Part shown: positions 34,280 to 45,900 of the stretch, piece after piece
Numbering within the stretch: position 1 is the first letter of the stretch
Layout: every line of letters begins with the position of its first letter
Assembly: GCA_048013815.1 (NCBI GenBank)
Contig: CM106585.1
Coordinates: 16,306,001-16,370,000, forward strand
Direction: 5' to 3'
Length of the DNA stretch: 64,000 bases
Origin: Setoptus koraiensis
Taxonomy: Eukaryota; Animalia; Arthropoda
Notes under the pieces: generated by a model
What the model saw: the letters and a program-made list of their open reading frames with translations, nothing else
Database searches by the model: none
What the model was told of the DNA's origin: nothing
Made by a program: the position numbers and the translations under genes

Positions 34280-37064
34280 CTAGTAGAGGGGTGAATCTAG
34301 CTGAGCCCAAGATCCCCCACATACACACGAACTTATCCAGCGCTGATCCCATGATCTGGGCGTCCTGAAAGAAGACTTGATTAGAGAGACGCTATTGCAT
34401 CTGGTGCATCTCCTTATGTTACCTCGAGGATGAGCGCCGAGACTGATATGTCGCACAACATCTATCTTACGTTCGCCGTTCATTTTGACTGCTCCCTCAA
34501 CAAACTGTGGTTTCGTCCATTTTGGCACACTTGGCTCTTGATTGTACTCCAAATAAAGAGGCGATTGGTACAAAAGGGGACTAGCGACTCCAATGGGATA
34601 GAGAATCAATTCAAGGTAGGGTATCAGAATTGTATTAGCTAACTGGTTACATTCATCCAGCAGAGTTTCGTCTATTTTCTGATCTGTCTTATTTAAGCTA
34701 CTGAAATAGGCTCCTGATACTAGTTTGAATAAATTTGATATGACATCGAATTGATCGTTCAATTTGTGAATGATCGGAAGGCAAGCTTCATTGAGTAGTC
34801 CCCATATTTTGATAATGATCAATAATTCACGAATCATTTCGAGGGCACTTGAATTGAATGCTAGCCCGGCGCCTGGAAACTTGTATTTACTTTGAATTTG
34901 TTGAGGTAAAGATACCATGAGAAATATGGCCAGATCAGCGATCCATTGGTTCAACTGCTGAAGTGATTGTACCTGATTGGCCTCAACGATGAACTCTGTA
35001 CAATTCATTTTCACAATGACATTTGAGCAATCGCTGTAATCGCTCAACATGGTCTGATTCTTCAAAAATTCCGACAAGTATTCAGCTGGACTATCTCGAT
35101 GTTCAATGTCCGTGCTCTTTGATCGCAAGATTGACTTCAGAGTTGTAGATATTGAATTCAATTTTATCATTGTATGACAATCCGTTGCCTTACACAAACC
35201 GAAAACACTATTCTGGCATCTATGTAATGAAGCTCTGATCATGAGTTGACGATTGAAAAATTTGTCCTTAATGTATTTGGGCTGTTGCTCGAAATTGTGT
35301 GCAAGATTCTCGCATATAAGTCCAATACTGTTTTGCTCCACTTGAATTATTATATCCCACCAATCGTTTCCTGTGAAGAGGCAAAACTCCAAAAGGCATT
35401 GAATATAGGTTTGGTGGTCTTTTGAATCTTGACAGTCGATGAGTAAAGGCAGTTTCAATGCATGTATTTGACTCAATGAATCGATGACAAATGCGCCACA
35501 TTGATTGCAGGATAACTGAAAATCCGTCACAACCAGAGGCGATGATTTATCTCTTGAATCGCTCATCATATGCGATGATTGTTTATTCAAACTATCATTC
35601 AAAGCCATTAGTCGATCCATAAATGAACAGCTTTTAGAATCACCAGCACGTCCGCCGGGTGAGCATTTCCTGAACATGCTTGGGGCCAAGTCGAGAGGTT
35701 GAAATAGCTGTTGGAGATCATCTTTCCTCAAACAACGGACTGTATGGTCTTTATATGTGAGGAATATGAGATTCAGTTGGTACCCATTACTGAATAGGGG
35801 AAACTTGGGAGTGGTCATCGTGACAAGCTCCTGATCATTAACGTAATTGCCGTAGAATGACCAAGTGGAATGGACATAAGTTTGATTATTATTGTTATAT
35901 TCGTTTGAGCTGTCCTCGCTTAAAAGGCTTAAAATACTGGGATGTACAGGTGGTAGAGGCTTTTCTGATTCCAATGTCCACAACTCAATCAAAGATAGAT
36001 TCGTTCCGCTTACTTCGACAAAGACCTCTTTGGGAGCGCTCTTGGTGCCGAACTTGATATGACCAATGTTACTAAATCCTATTTTTTGTTCTGACGAGCT
36101 CACGTCGAGCAACTCTTTATCTTGAAGTATTTGTGCTATGAGATTAAGATAAAAACTACAAAAATTTTGGCACGTAAGAGTGAGACGTGTTGTTGTAGGT
36201 GTCGACGACTCAACATCATCCAGGCAAACGTTTTTGAGTTTTAAATTGATGAGATAGAATGAGATCATGGAGTTTATGTGTCCGGCGGTAGTAGCCACCA
36301 AGAAACCTCCGTTCTTTTGATATGCAACATCAGCAACTCTAATCTTGGAGCGAGATCCATCAAGACAATCAGTGTCCATCAGTATGGATCCGTCTGCTAG
36401 CAGTGTGATACAGCAAACGAGTCCTGTCTGAGTTAATAATATGCATCCCTCAGCAGCTTTGCTGCCGAACAATTTGACTGAGGCGCCGAAATTTGTTTGT
36501 TGGAATTTATCCCCATAGTTGCCGTCGTTCAAATTGGAAACTTTCTCTAAATTGATACAAGTGGATATGCCATGATGATACCACAGACCGTTCAGGAAAA
36601 CTTCGCCGGGAAATTTCTTGATATAATGAGGTTTCCAATCACTGATGAGATAGTCTACACTTGTGAATATGGTTACAGTGCCCGCGGTGGTGCAAGCCAA
36701 TAATTTTTTGCTCGTTGGATCCCATTCCAAGACTGTGATATCGTAATCAGATTCTGCTATCAGATAGGGCTGATAAGGTGTATTGACATCGGCGATATAA
36801 ATATGGTAGGCTACTGTCCTGGGTTCGGTGTGACTCAAGCAAAATGAACTAGTAAAAGCCACTAGTCCCCTCGTAGATACACTCAGTAGCCTTCGTCCTT
36901 TCACAGTCCTGCAATATGATAAAGTTGTGTAGATGGTATAAATTAATGTTTGCACCAAAGCAGACACAAATGTAGAATCACGAATAATTATTGAGAACTC
37001 ACCAGTCGGAATAGCAATTATCACCAGATATTTGGGGCCTATGAACGCTGTAAACAATGTCCAT
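34280..37064 (-). CDS. MED16: Mediator subunit 16; exons 37003-37064 and 34280-36908
   Basis: N-terminal MDIVYSV; GLVAFT; WD40-like region (LEWDPTSKKLL); C-terminal IDVVRHISLG...RRCTRC...WDQRWISSCVCGGSW. Phase-2 intron 36909-37002 (TG|GTGAGT ... TTGCAG|G). Confidence 0.92.
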
Positions 37065-37533
37065 TGTCGCTAAATCCTTGAAGCTAAATCCTAGCGATCT
37101 TTCTGTTGTTGCTAATAGACTAACTAATGGATGATGAAAAAGATATCTAAATGACTCAAACCATGCCCCACAGTTGGCGATTCATCGATACCGAAATGGA
37201 AATGGTAAAAAAATGTCGACTTGTAGAATATTCATCACCGGCAACTATGGTGCACTGTTTCACTGTAATGGTATGGCTGCATCTGCCTCAGCTGAACATC
37301 TCCCGTCCCCCTACAGTGCAAATCTGTAACTATACAATGATTAACTACTGCATAATCGATATCTCAGGCCTTCAAAATCGCGGTTGTCAAATGGGAGGTT
37401 TTGTTGGATACTTTTGTAGACAGAAGCACTTTTTTGTTGTAGTATTTTGTTACAAATAAAATATATATATCAAATACAGCAGCTATTTATTTGCTATATA
37501 ATTATCACAATCTTACGTTTACGCAAAGAAAAA

Positions 37534-39195
37534 CTAAGAGGAAGAAATCTTTTTCATTCTCTTCTGCAGCCTTTGTTGTGGTGTCAGATCGCAAGTTTTA
37601 GTATTCTCCAACTTGTTGTTTCTTCTTAATTGTTGACTAGTTGATATCTTCTTGTTCGCAGGCATTGTCAAATCGATGCCAGTTGCAACCTTGATTTCTT
37701 CCAACAATGTGGGATCCTGCCACTCTGGAACTCCACCTCTTTTGAGCTCCTTGATCTTCTCCTCTCTGATGCGGTCTTCCTCTTTAACCGGTACACCCAT
37801 ACAATCACGTTCGACTATAGTTCCGTGGAATGGACACTTGATCTTGTCTTTTCTCGGACACAGTTTACCATTGGGCAACAATGCGTTACATTGTTTAGCT
37901 TTAGTAGATTGTTCGCCTGACGTTGACGGACCGAAAATGTCAGAGTCATCTTTGATTATGCGTACAGTAGGATCAGGAGAGTCCACAGCTGGTTCCAAGC
38001 CATAATCTGATAAAAGATGTTTAGGGATGTACGACTCAAGGTCCTCTTTAGGTTGAACTTCTTCAAATTGATCCGAATCCTCCCCAGAACTGTCGTTATC
38101 CAGCGTGGAAACTTTTTTGGCCTTGGCATCTTTCGAATTCTCAACTATGTCATTCATGGAAACAATCTCTAGTTCGCTCATCTTTATGATGGAATTCATA
38201 GCTCTATGCTTGAGTTTGATCGCTCGCTTCAGCTCCTCAGAGCAAACTTCAGTCTTTCTTGATAATGTCTTTATAATAGTGTTTAATTGATCCAATTTCG
38301 TTTTTGTTAATTGTCGCCTAAACTCTTTGAGCTGTTCTATGATATCTTTGTTCGCGTCCTCTTTCGCAATAGCAACGTAACGACTGAAATGAACTTGAAT
38401 AGTCTGGTTGCCCGATGCAATCATTCCATGTTCTTGAAATTGATCACAAGTCTGCTCTAATTGATCGTTTTGTGTATGTTCTTTTGTAGCACATCCATCA
38501 GTTTCTAAATCAAAAATGCGATCGCTAACATCAACAGATGGCATTATTATGTCAAGCAATGACTCTATTTGTACAATTAGCTCCTCCATATCCGGATACA
38601 TTTGGTCCAGATCCTTGATTTTTCTCTCTATCAATTTAACAACTTGTCTATCACGCTGTTCCTGCATCCTAACCCTGTGCAACAAATCTTCATGATTGTT
38701 GACACGGAATTGACCAAAATCAACTATGTTGTGCTCTCTTAGGTAGCGATAAGCATAACGAAGTTTTTCATACCCAGTCGAATAATCAGCATGCCATCTG
38801 TAGATATATTTCGCTGTAATTTCCAAGAGGATGCTGGCATACTTCTTTGGTGGAGGTAGCTTGACTTGAGTTTGCCTGTCTTGCGTCACTTGTATGGTGA
38901 GCTCGAGAAAAGTGTCGAAATCATTCAGCAACAAAGTTCGGAATTTATGAGTTTTCCTAAATAAATAATCAATCAATTGTACGGTGGACACACGAACCTG
39001 TGAGTGTGGCTTCTTTAAATAATGCATGCAATTTTGATAGGCAAGCTGAACCAAAACATCTCCGCCTTCTTTACAAATTTGTTTCAACTCCTTAATATTG
39101 ATTCCATTAAGTTTAGGTTCGCCCGATGTTGCTAGTTTTCGTACTATTGATTTCAGCCGAGTCTCAGCATCTTTTGTAGGGGTCCAAGTGCTCAT
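37534..39195 (-). CDS. UVSSA: UV-stimulated scaffold protein A, intronless
   Basis: VHS-like N-terminus (LATSGEPKL...HSQVRVSTVQLIDYLF...LPPPK) and C-terminal CNALLPNGKLCPRKDKIKCPFHG...EWQDP. Confidence 0.92.
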   Translation of the reverse strand: MSTWTPTKDAETRLKSIVRKLATSGEPKLNGINIKELKQICKEGGDVLVQLAYQNCMHYLKKPHSQVRVSTVQLIDYLFRKTHKFRTLLLNDFDTFLELTIQVTQDRQTQVKLPPPKKYASILLEITAKYIYRWHADYSTGYEKLRYAYRYLREHNIVDFGQFRVNNHEDLLHRVRMQEQRDRQVVKLIERKIKDLDQMYPDMEELIVQIESLLDIIMPSVDVSDRIFDLETDGCATKEHTQNDQLEQTCDQFQEHGMIASGNQTIQVHFSRYVAIAKEDANKDIIEQLKEFRRQLTKTKLDQLNTIIKTLSRKTEVCSEELKRAIKLKHRAMNSIIKMSELEIVSMNDIVENSKDAKAKKVSTLDNDSSGEDSDQFEEVQPKEDLESYIPKHLLSDYGLEPAVDSPDPTVRIIKDDSDIFGPSTSGEQSTKAKQCNALLPNGKLCPRKDKIKCPFHGTIVERDCMGVPVKEEDRIREEKIKELKRGGVPEWQDPTLLEEIKVATGIDLTMPANKKISTSQQLRRNNKLENTKTCDLTPQQRLQKRMKKISSS

Positions 39196-39935
39196 TTCGA
39201 TTCTGCAATTATACTGTTTTAATTCGAAGAAAGAATGCGAATATTGTATATCTGTGGACTACTTCGTTTTCCTTCTTTGAACGGGATATGTCAATCTTCC
39301 CACATAAGGTTATACTTACAAAATAATCTAATGTCTTATCATTGAATCATGAGTAGAGTTGATGATTTTTATTTCCACTGGTCATCCAAACAAGCTGGCG
39401 ATTTCACCAAATATCTACAATCATTTTCACGTTGTCATTGTAAGCCTAGCTTTTCAATTAGTTCTAGTAGAAGAATAATCCTGTCGGATAAAATTTATTT
39501 AGTCCCATGCATACTATAGAAATTCGCCAATGAAACGCCTCGCTTCTACTCTGCTTATATTCTGCTCAAAAGAATGACTACGGCACCACATGATCAATTC
39601 TACACTGGTTGCGTTTATCGCAGATCAGCTGTAGCGCTTATTGTTTTGTTTGACTTGCGGTCCCGAGAATGATGAGTTCCAGTCACTTTTCAACTATCAA
39701 AAAAATATTGTCGATGACTTCTCCATTCTCACAGAGCCTGGGTAATCTAACAGGACAGACAAGATTTGTCATTGTTGTTATCACACAACATTCGTTAACT
39801 CTAGTCTAATCAAAAGTATCCAAGATAAAACATAACCGATATGTTTTGCAAAATTTCATCAAGAAGTTGAACTGACTAGATGAAGGACCAGACACGCACA
39901 TCTATACAGAAACTAGAAGAAATATACAATATTCC

Positions 39936-42900
39936 ATGATGAATTTATTACCCCGTCCACCATCTTCGACCAACATACAACAAAGTGTTTATGAGGCAAC
40001 TTGCCTGTTCGCTTTGATGACCGATGAGCATTCTGTATCGCGAAGGAAACGGGCACTCTGGTACTTAAGTCTCCTAAACAGAACTATTGAATTACCAACA
40101 AACGAGACAAATGATATAAACAGTGATATTAAACTAATTTCTGTGTCAAGCAATGGACAAAATAATTCCAATTTAACTACAAGCGGCAACCTGACACCAA
40201 CCAACTCCAGCCAATCCATTAGTGCCACATTATTGCTCCAAGATGACCAGACTGTCAGTGCTAGTGCATTGGGTAGCAATATAAAGAATCCGGCTTATCA
40301 TATCAGCACGAATACTCGAGCACTATTTCTAGCTTCAAGGCTTGCCACCTTGTTTGTACTGGACATAAGTCCGTCTGTGATTTCTGTTGACCCTCACAGC
40401 AATTGTGTTTTGTTGGACGCCATGTTTGAGACATTTAAAAAGAGTGTCCTGTTGCTAATACAACCTTACCATGTTTCTTCTGAAAATGATGGCAACAATA
40501 TATTGACTCCCGATGTTCACATATCAGTTATAACTTACAGTCCTCTTTTGTTTACGAAGTCTAATCAAGTTTTGTGTCAGAATCGCGGAATTAATTCATA
40601 CAACGTTGAACAATTCTTTGTAGAAGTTTGGCTAGGATTGGAGAGAGCCGCGCAAGAAATTCACGAACTCATTTCAACTATGACGCATAACAATAATCAA
40701 AATAATGCAACTCTCATACCGAACGAAGAACCTTTTCTGGATTCATGCACTTTTAACTACCCCGTTGTGACCGATAGTAGCAATCAAACTGACATGATGA
40801 GACAATCTGAGCAAGTTATCGAGGACATTTTCAATTTAGGGTTGATCTCTCTGCAATTGATGCCAGAATTGTCCAAATTGTCCATGATTATTATTACAGA
40901 TGGCCTTTTTGCCGCCACCAATGATCTCAGTGATTTTCGCCAAGAGGGCATTTCATGCTCTTTTATTTCATTAGGGTGCAATGAATCGTCGCCGGATTCT
41001 AGTTTCGGGTACATGCCCTATGTAGATTTTATGCAGTTTGTGGCAAAAACTACTTCCGGCGTATTTTACAAGCACGATCAATTGATTAACTGTCAACCTA
41101 AACTGACGGCAAAACACAGTCCACATTTGCTAGAGAATCCTTTATTTCCGTTATTCTGCTATTCTCTCTATGGTGGAAATCAATATCTTCTACAAGACGA
41201 CACATTTCTTATTGATGTACTCAACAATCATCATTCGATTCCTTACTTTCCCTCAACGAGATCCCAAACGCCACTAGACAGTCACAACAAGATCGACGAG
41301 ACTGCATCCAAATATTTCAAAATGGATCAACCGTCTCTGCGTATGCACAGTTTATCAAGCAAAAGCGAACAACGAAGTTTGCGACAATCTCTTACCAACG
41401 GTCTGTTCGGTAGTTCCAGTGCAAATTCTGTATCCCTAAAGATGCCTCAATTTCATGATTGGAGAACATGCAAACAACTAGATAGAAGTCTTGAAGCTGA
41501 ATTTGAGCAAGTTTTATCTTGTAGGCTTCACGAAGGTTATGTTATAAGCAACATTAGCTTTAAAAGGAAAGAGACTAATCAGATATGTATAGTTTTAGTT
41601 TTGCCTTGGAAGCATAACATGGATATAGAATACGACATAACTTCTTCGTTTTGGTTTGGTTCCCGCGTAACAAATGCTCAAGGTCGGAGTTTTGTAGGTC
41701 AGTCTACCCAATCGAATGATCCCGATATTCCTAATGGTAAACCTACGTTTGGAGAACCTAGGTGTGAGGTTATCGTCCATGGAAGTTATAGTTTTTTGCA
41801 CAATTTGTATTGTGGTGATAATCGAGTTAGAAGAAAATGCGAATTTAGAGAATTAGCATATCAGCAATTCAGACAACTTTTCAGGAATATATTAATATCA
41901 CACGAAAGACTGCAATATTTATACAAGTTTTATAGAGAGCCATCATTATCTAAAGTACCTACTTTCTTGATTCATGGTAACTCATTGCTATACGAGCAGC
42001 CTCATACAAACAAACTCACGTCAACTATTGAGAGTGCTGATGATGAATCCAGAGCTTCTGAATTCCAACAGTATTGGCAAGACATATCGTGTCTTGACAT
42101 AGTCTCGTGGAAAAATTACATGCATGTTCATGATATAAGGCTAGTTCTCGAACATGATCAACCCAAACAAAAATATCTACACCATCCAAATGTCAATGGT
42201 AGATACACTCATGTACAATGTCGCAGAGCTTTTAGTGTGGTTTCTAACTTCATAAAAAACTATGCATCATTCTCACTGTTGGAAGATAAGACCTATATCA
42301 AAATATTGCAACAAAATCCCACCAATGACGCTAACGAATCAACATCCACCAGCTATAGTTTCGATAAGGGTTTTATTACTATAAGAATAACCAAACAATT
42401 GCCTATACTAATTGTTCATTTACTTTTCACGAATGGCACAAATGACGTGCTGCGTTTCGAAACCGTAAAGTACCTTGAAGAAAATCTGAGCAATTGCAGA
42501 ATACGTAATTCAAAATCAACTCTTGTACCCTTCAAAGATGGTATACTGTCAGGAAAAACATTGCGACCGTCTTCAAATGAGTCTGCCTGTTACACAATCA
42601 GCTCACCTATTGAGTACATGCTTAAGAGATACAATCGCAACTTTGTCAATGACTATTTGCTTTATAATTGGGCCTATGGTCTGCCCGGTTTCTATCAACA
42701 TCATAATGTTCCATTCAACATTCTCAGGCAACAGTTATCAACAGCTAACAATCAAGCAAATTCCACATCGCAAAACCACCCAAAAACTGCTTTGTCCGAC
42801 GTTACGAGCACAATTAAGACCGAATCTATGACAACTTTAACCAATGCCAGCGATCAACTTTCGGAGAAATACTTATACGGATTGAGACTGATTAGAACGA

Positions 42901-45900
42901 TTAGCGGATTGCCTCATCGATTGGTGCCGTTATTGGCCTCTACAATCTTATCCAAGATTCTCTCTACATTGGTTAATATTAGAATAAAACAAGGATTCCA
43001 TATAGCTTTCAATGATTCAGGTATAATGAATTTATTAGTCGAACTCAAAATGATTGATCCCACCAATGAAAAGTTTAAATCCACTTGCTTAGCACAATAC
43101 GTAATATTCCCACCGATCATTAGCAGCAACAGTCAGTCTTTGAGTGCAAATATCAACTTGGGCAACCTCAGTGGATCACTAACAAACGCCAATTGCCAAA
43201 CTACTAATGGTTATAGCGATACACAGAGTATACTATCGACATTCGATGATCTCATGCATGAAAATAGGGCTGATTTTCATGACGTATCTTGTCCAACTAA
43301 CGAGGTACTCGCTGAATTCAAATTGATCTCGGAATACTGGATTGAACCTCAATATGGTCTGTCATCTGCTTCAAACAATTATCACACCTCATTGTCTGAT
43401 CTAAGATATTTTGAATTCTCCGAGAGATTATACAAATCAGAGATGGACATAGTAGACTGTTTACTTACTCATGAGTTCCTTCATCTATTGTGCGACCGAT
43501 CACCACAGTTCTCTACTCTAGATAGATGTTTATTGCAGGACTTACCTCAGACTAGTAGTCCGATATATGCCGGAACTAATAAGAGCTCATCAAATCATTT
43601 AGATAGCCTGATGAATTCATCTATGACAAATAGCCAGCAATTGAGAGGTTCATTAAGTTCCTCTTTGATGGATATTTCATATAAGTTCTCAGTTGTAAAT
43701 TTTCTTAGGTACTGCCAACAAACCAGTGTGAGTTTAGTTATGTTCAAGAACAGCTCGACGATTTCTGAAACCGCATTTATCACCGCAAATCAAATGCCTA
43801 GCTCTGCGCCGAATCAATCATCCAGACTGATACGGGCTTATACAACAGCTTCTGTTGCCCGAGATAGAAAGATGTCGTTCGAGTCCAGCGAAGAGGCAGG
43901 TGTATCAACTCGTGGTGCAAATCAATCAGGCAAGGCAAGGCCTCATAGATCGTCATATCAACAAGATTATAAGTCTCAAGCCAACAACAATTCTGTCAAT
44001 AATCTCTCCATGTATTATCACGCTACTCTTGACCAATTATTTTTCGACTTGCTTGGTAAGGCCTTCAAACAATATCATGACAAAGAATTTGAGTTGACCC
44101 CGTCGGATAGCTATGGATTGCCAGCATATTTATTGTCGCGTTTGATAAATTTCGATTTGAACAATGTGACCACTGATGATTACAAGATATCTAATCCTCC
44201 TCGTTGGAAATGTTACATAAAGAAAACTGTACAAGGCAATCTGATACTAACTATCATGCCGTCCAGCACAGAGGATATACAAAGATGGTCTTCAATAGTT
44301 GAGTCTTGTCATTTGTCGTCTGATGAAAACGGTCAAGAAGACGGTTCTTTCGTGCGAATCAGTATTAATGATAACAGACAAATATGTCCAATTATAATTT
44401 ATAGATGCTCAACAGCGATGCTCAGCGATAAAATTTTCTCGGACCTGAGCTACAACGACTCGGCTGAGAAACAGAGTACAGATTTGCCGACCCCACAGAA
44501 AGACACTGAATTGCACTTCGGACGACCATGCAAATACCTGGGTACTGAGAGGAAAAATAACGATGAGTTGGGTGATAGTGAGCTTTTATTCGGACCGAGT
44601 GAAAGTAGTTTGACAGCTGACGAAGATACGACTGGTGAAGTGGTCAACTTTCGAGCCTATATCAAAAAGATAAGAAGTATTATATTGAAGTCGCGCTTGA
44701 ACTCTCTCAACGATGCTTACACTAGACGTCTGTTTATAGATCAACAAGATCTAGTTTATTATGTGAATAATACTGAGTTTGACTTACAACGCAAATGCAT
44801 TGGATTCACACAATTGAAATCTGTAACTGATTTCATAAAATCTTTTGAAGATTTCATGTCAACTTTACCGAAAGAACTGGATCGCCCATCAAACCCAATG
44901 CTCAATAGTATCTTGTTGCAAAAATGTGGTCTATTTTTGAATCAGCCCATCACAAGGTTGAATCAGGCAAACCCTTTGTTGAAACAGATAAACGATCAAA
45001 AGTTGTTGCATCTAATCAAGAGCAATTATACTATTGATTTGCCCTTTTTAGACGAGGCCATGCTGACTGGTGGTGGCACAAATCTATTGATGAGTGTTAC
45101 TTCTAACAGAACAAACGCTTCCAGATCGTCCAAGAATAATAGCAACAATTTCATGTCAAACACAGCAACATCCAATACAATTCACGTGGGAAGTTTGGGA
45201 GCCGTTTCATCGTCTAAACAAGGCCCACAAAGTGGCTCCAATACTAACAGATGTAGCTCAATTGGAAATTCTCCCGTCACTGCAACTGGAGCTCTATCGA
45301 TGAATGCGCACATGGCTCATAGTCATAATTCATCTTCGTTTTCCTCGCCTGAACTACTTAATCATAATGGTCACAGATACATTGGAAATAACAGTCAAAT
45401 ACTTGAAGCGTTTCGTGGTATAAAGCCGTGTCGTTTGGCTGATCTACCTAAAGCTGCTGATTGCGAAGATATGGTTGCAAGGCACGAAGCTCATCTTAGA
45501 GAGGTTCTGAGAATAGGCAAAGAAAGGGACGAGGCCAATGAATTTTGGGGAGTTTTAAATGCAAGCCCGGCTTCAGTCACCGGAGGGCTATCCCATAGTA
45601 GCATAGATAGAGCTTTACGACATGTAGACAGCCTTGGGCGATTGGAGCATTTCTGTTTGACGCCATTATTGTTTAGTCCAAGCTGGCGATCTAAATTGGC
45701 GCCGGTACGCGATCACACATTGGAGAAAGTTGCCTTGCATCAAGATCAGAAACAAACAAACAATGAGACAGTAAACCAGTTGCAACAGCAGCAACAACAA
45801 CAGAACCAATCGTCGTCTGGCCAGATCAACGCCTCTGATGATGCCTGGCACCAGACTGTTTGCAACAATTACATCCAGGAATATGTACAATATTTGCAAA

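Noticed and set aside
39300-39730. Coding-like minus-strand fragments between UVSSA and SZT2 (e.g. LIILGTAS)
   Set aside because: Multiple stops and no consistent family match.
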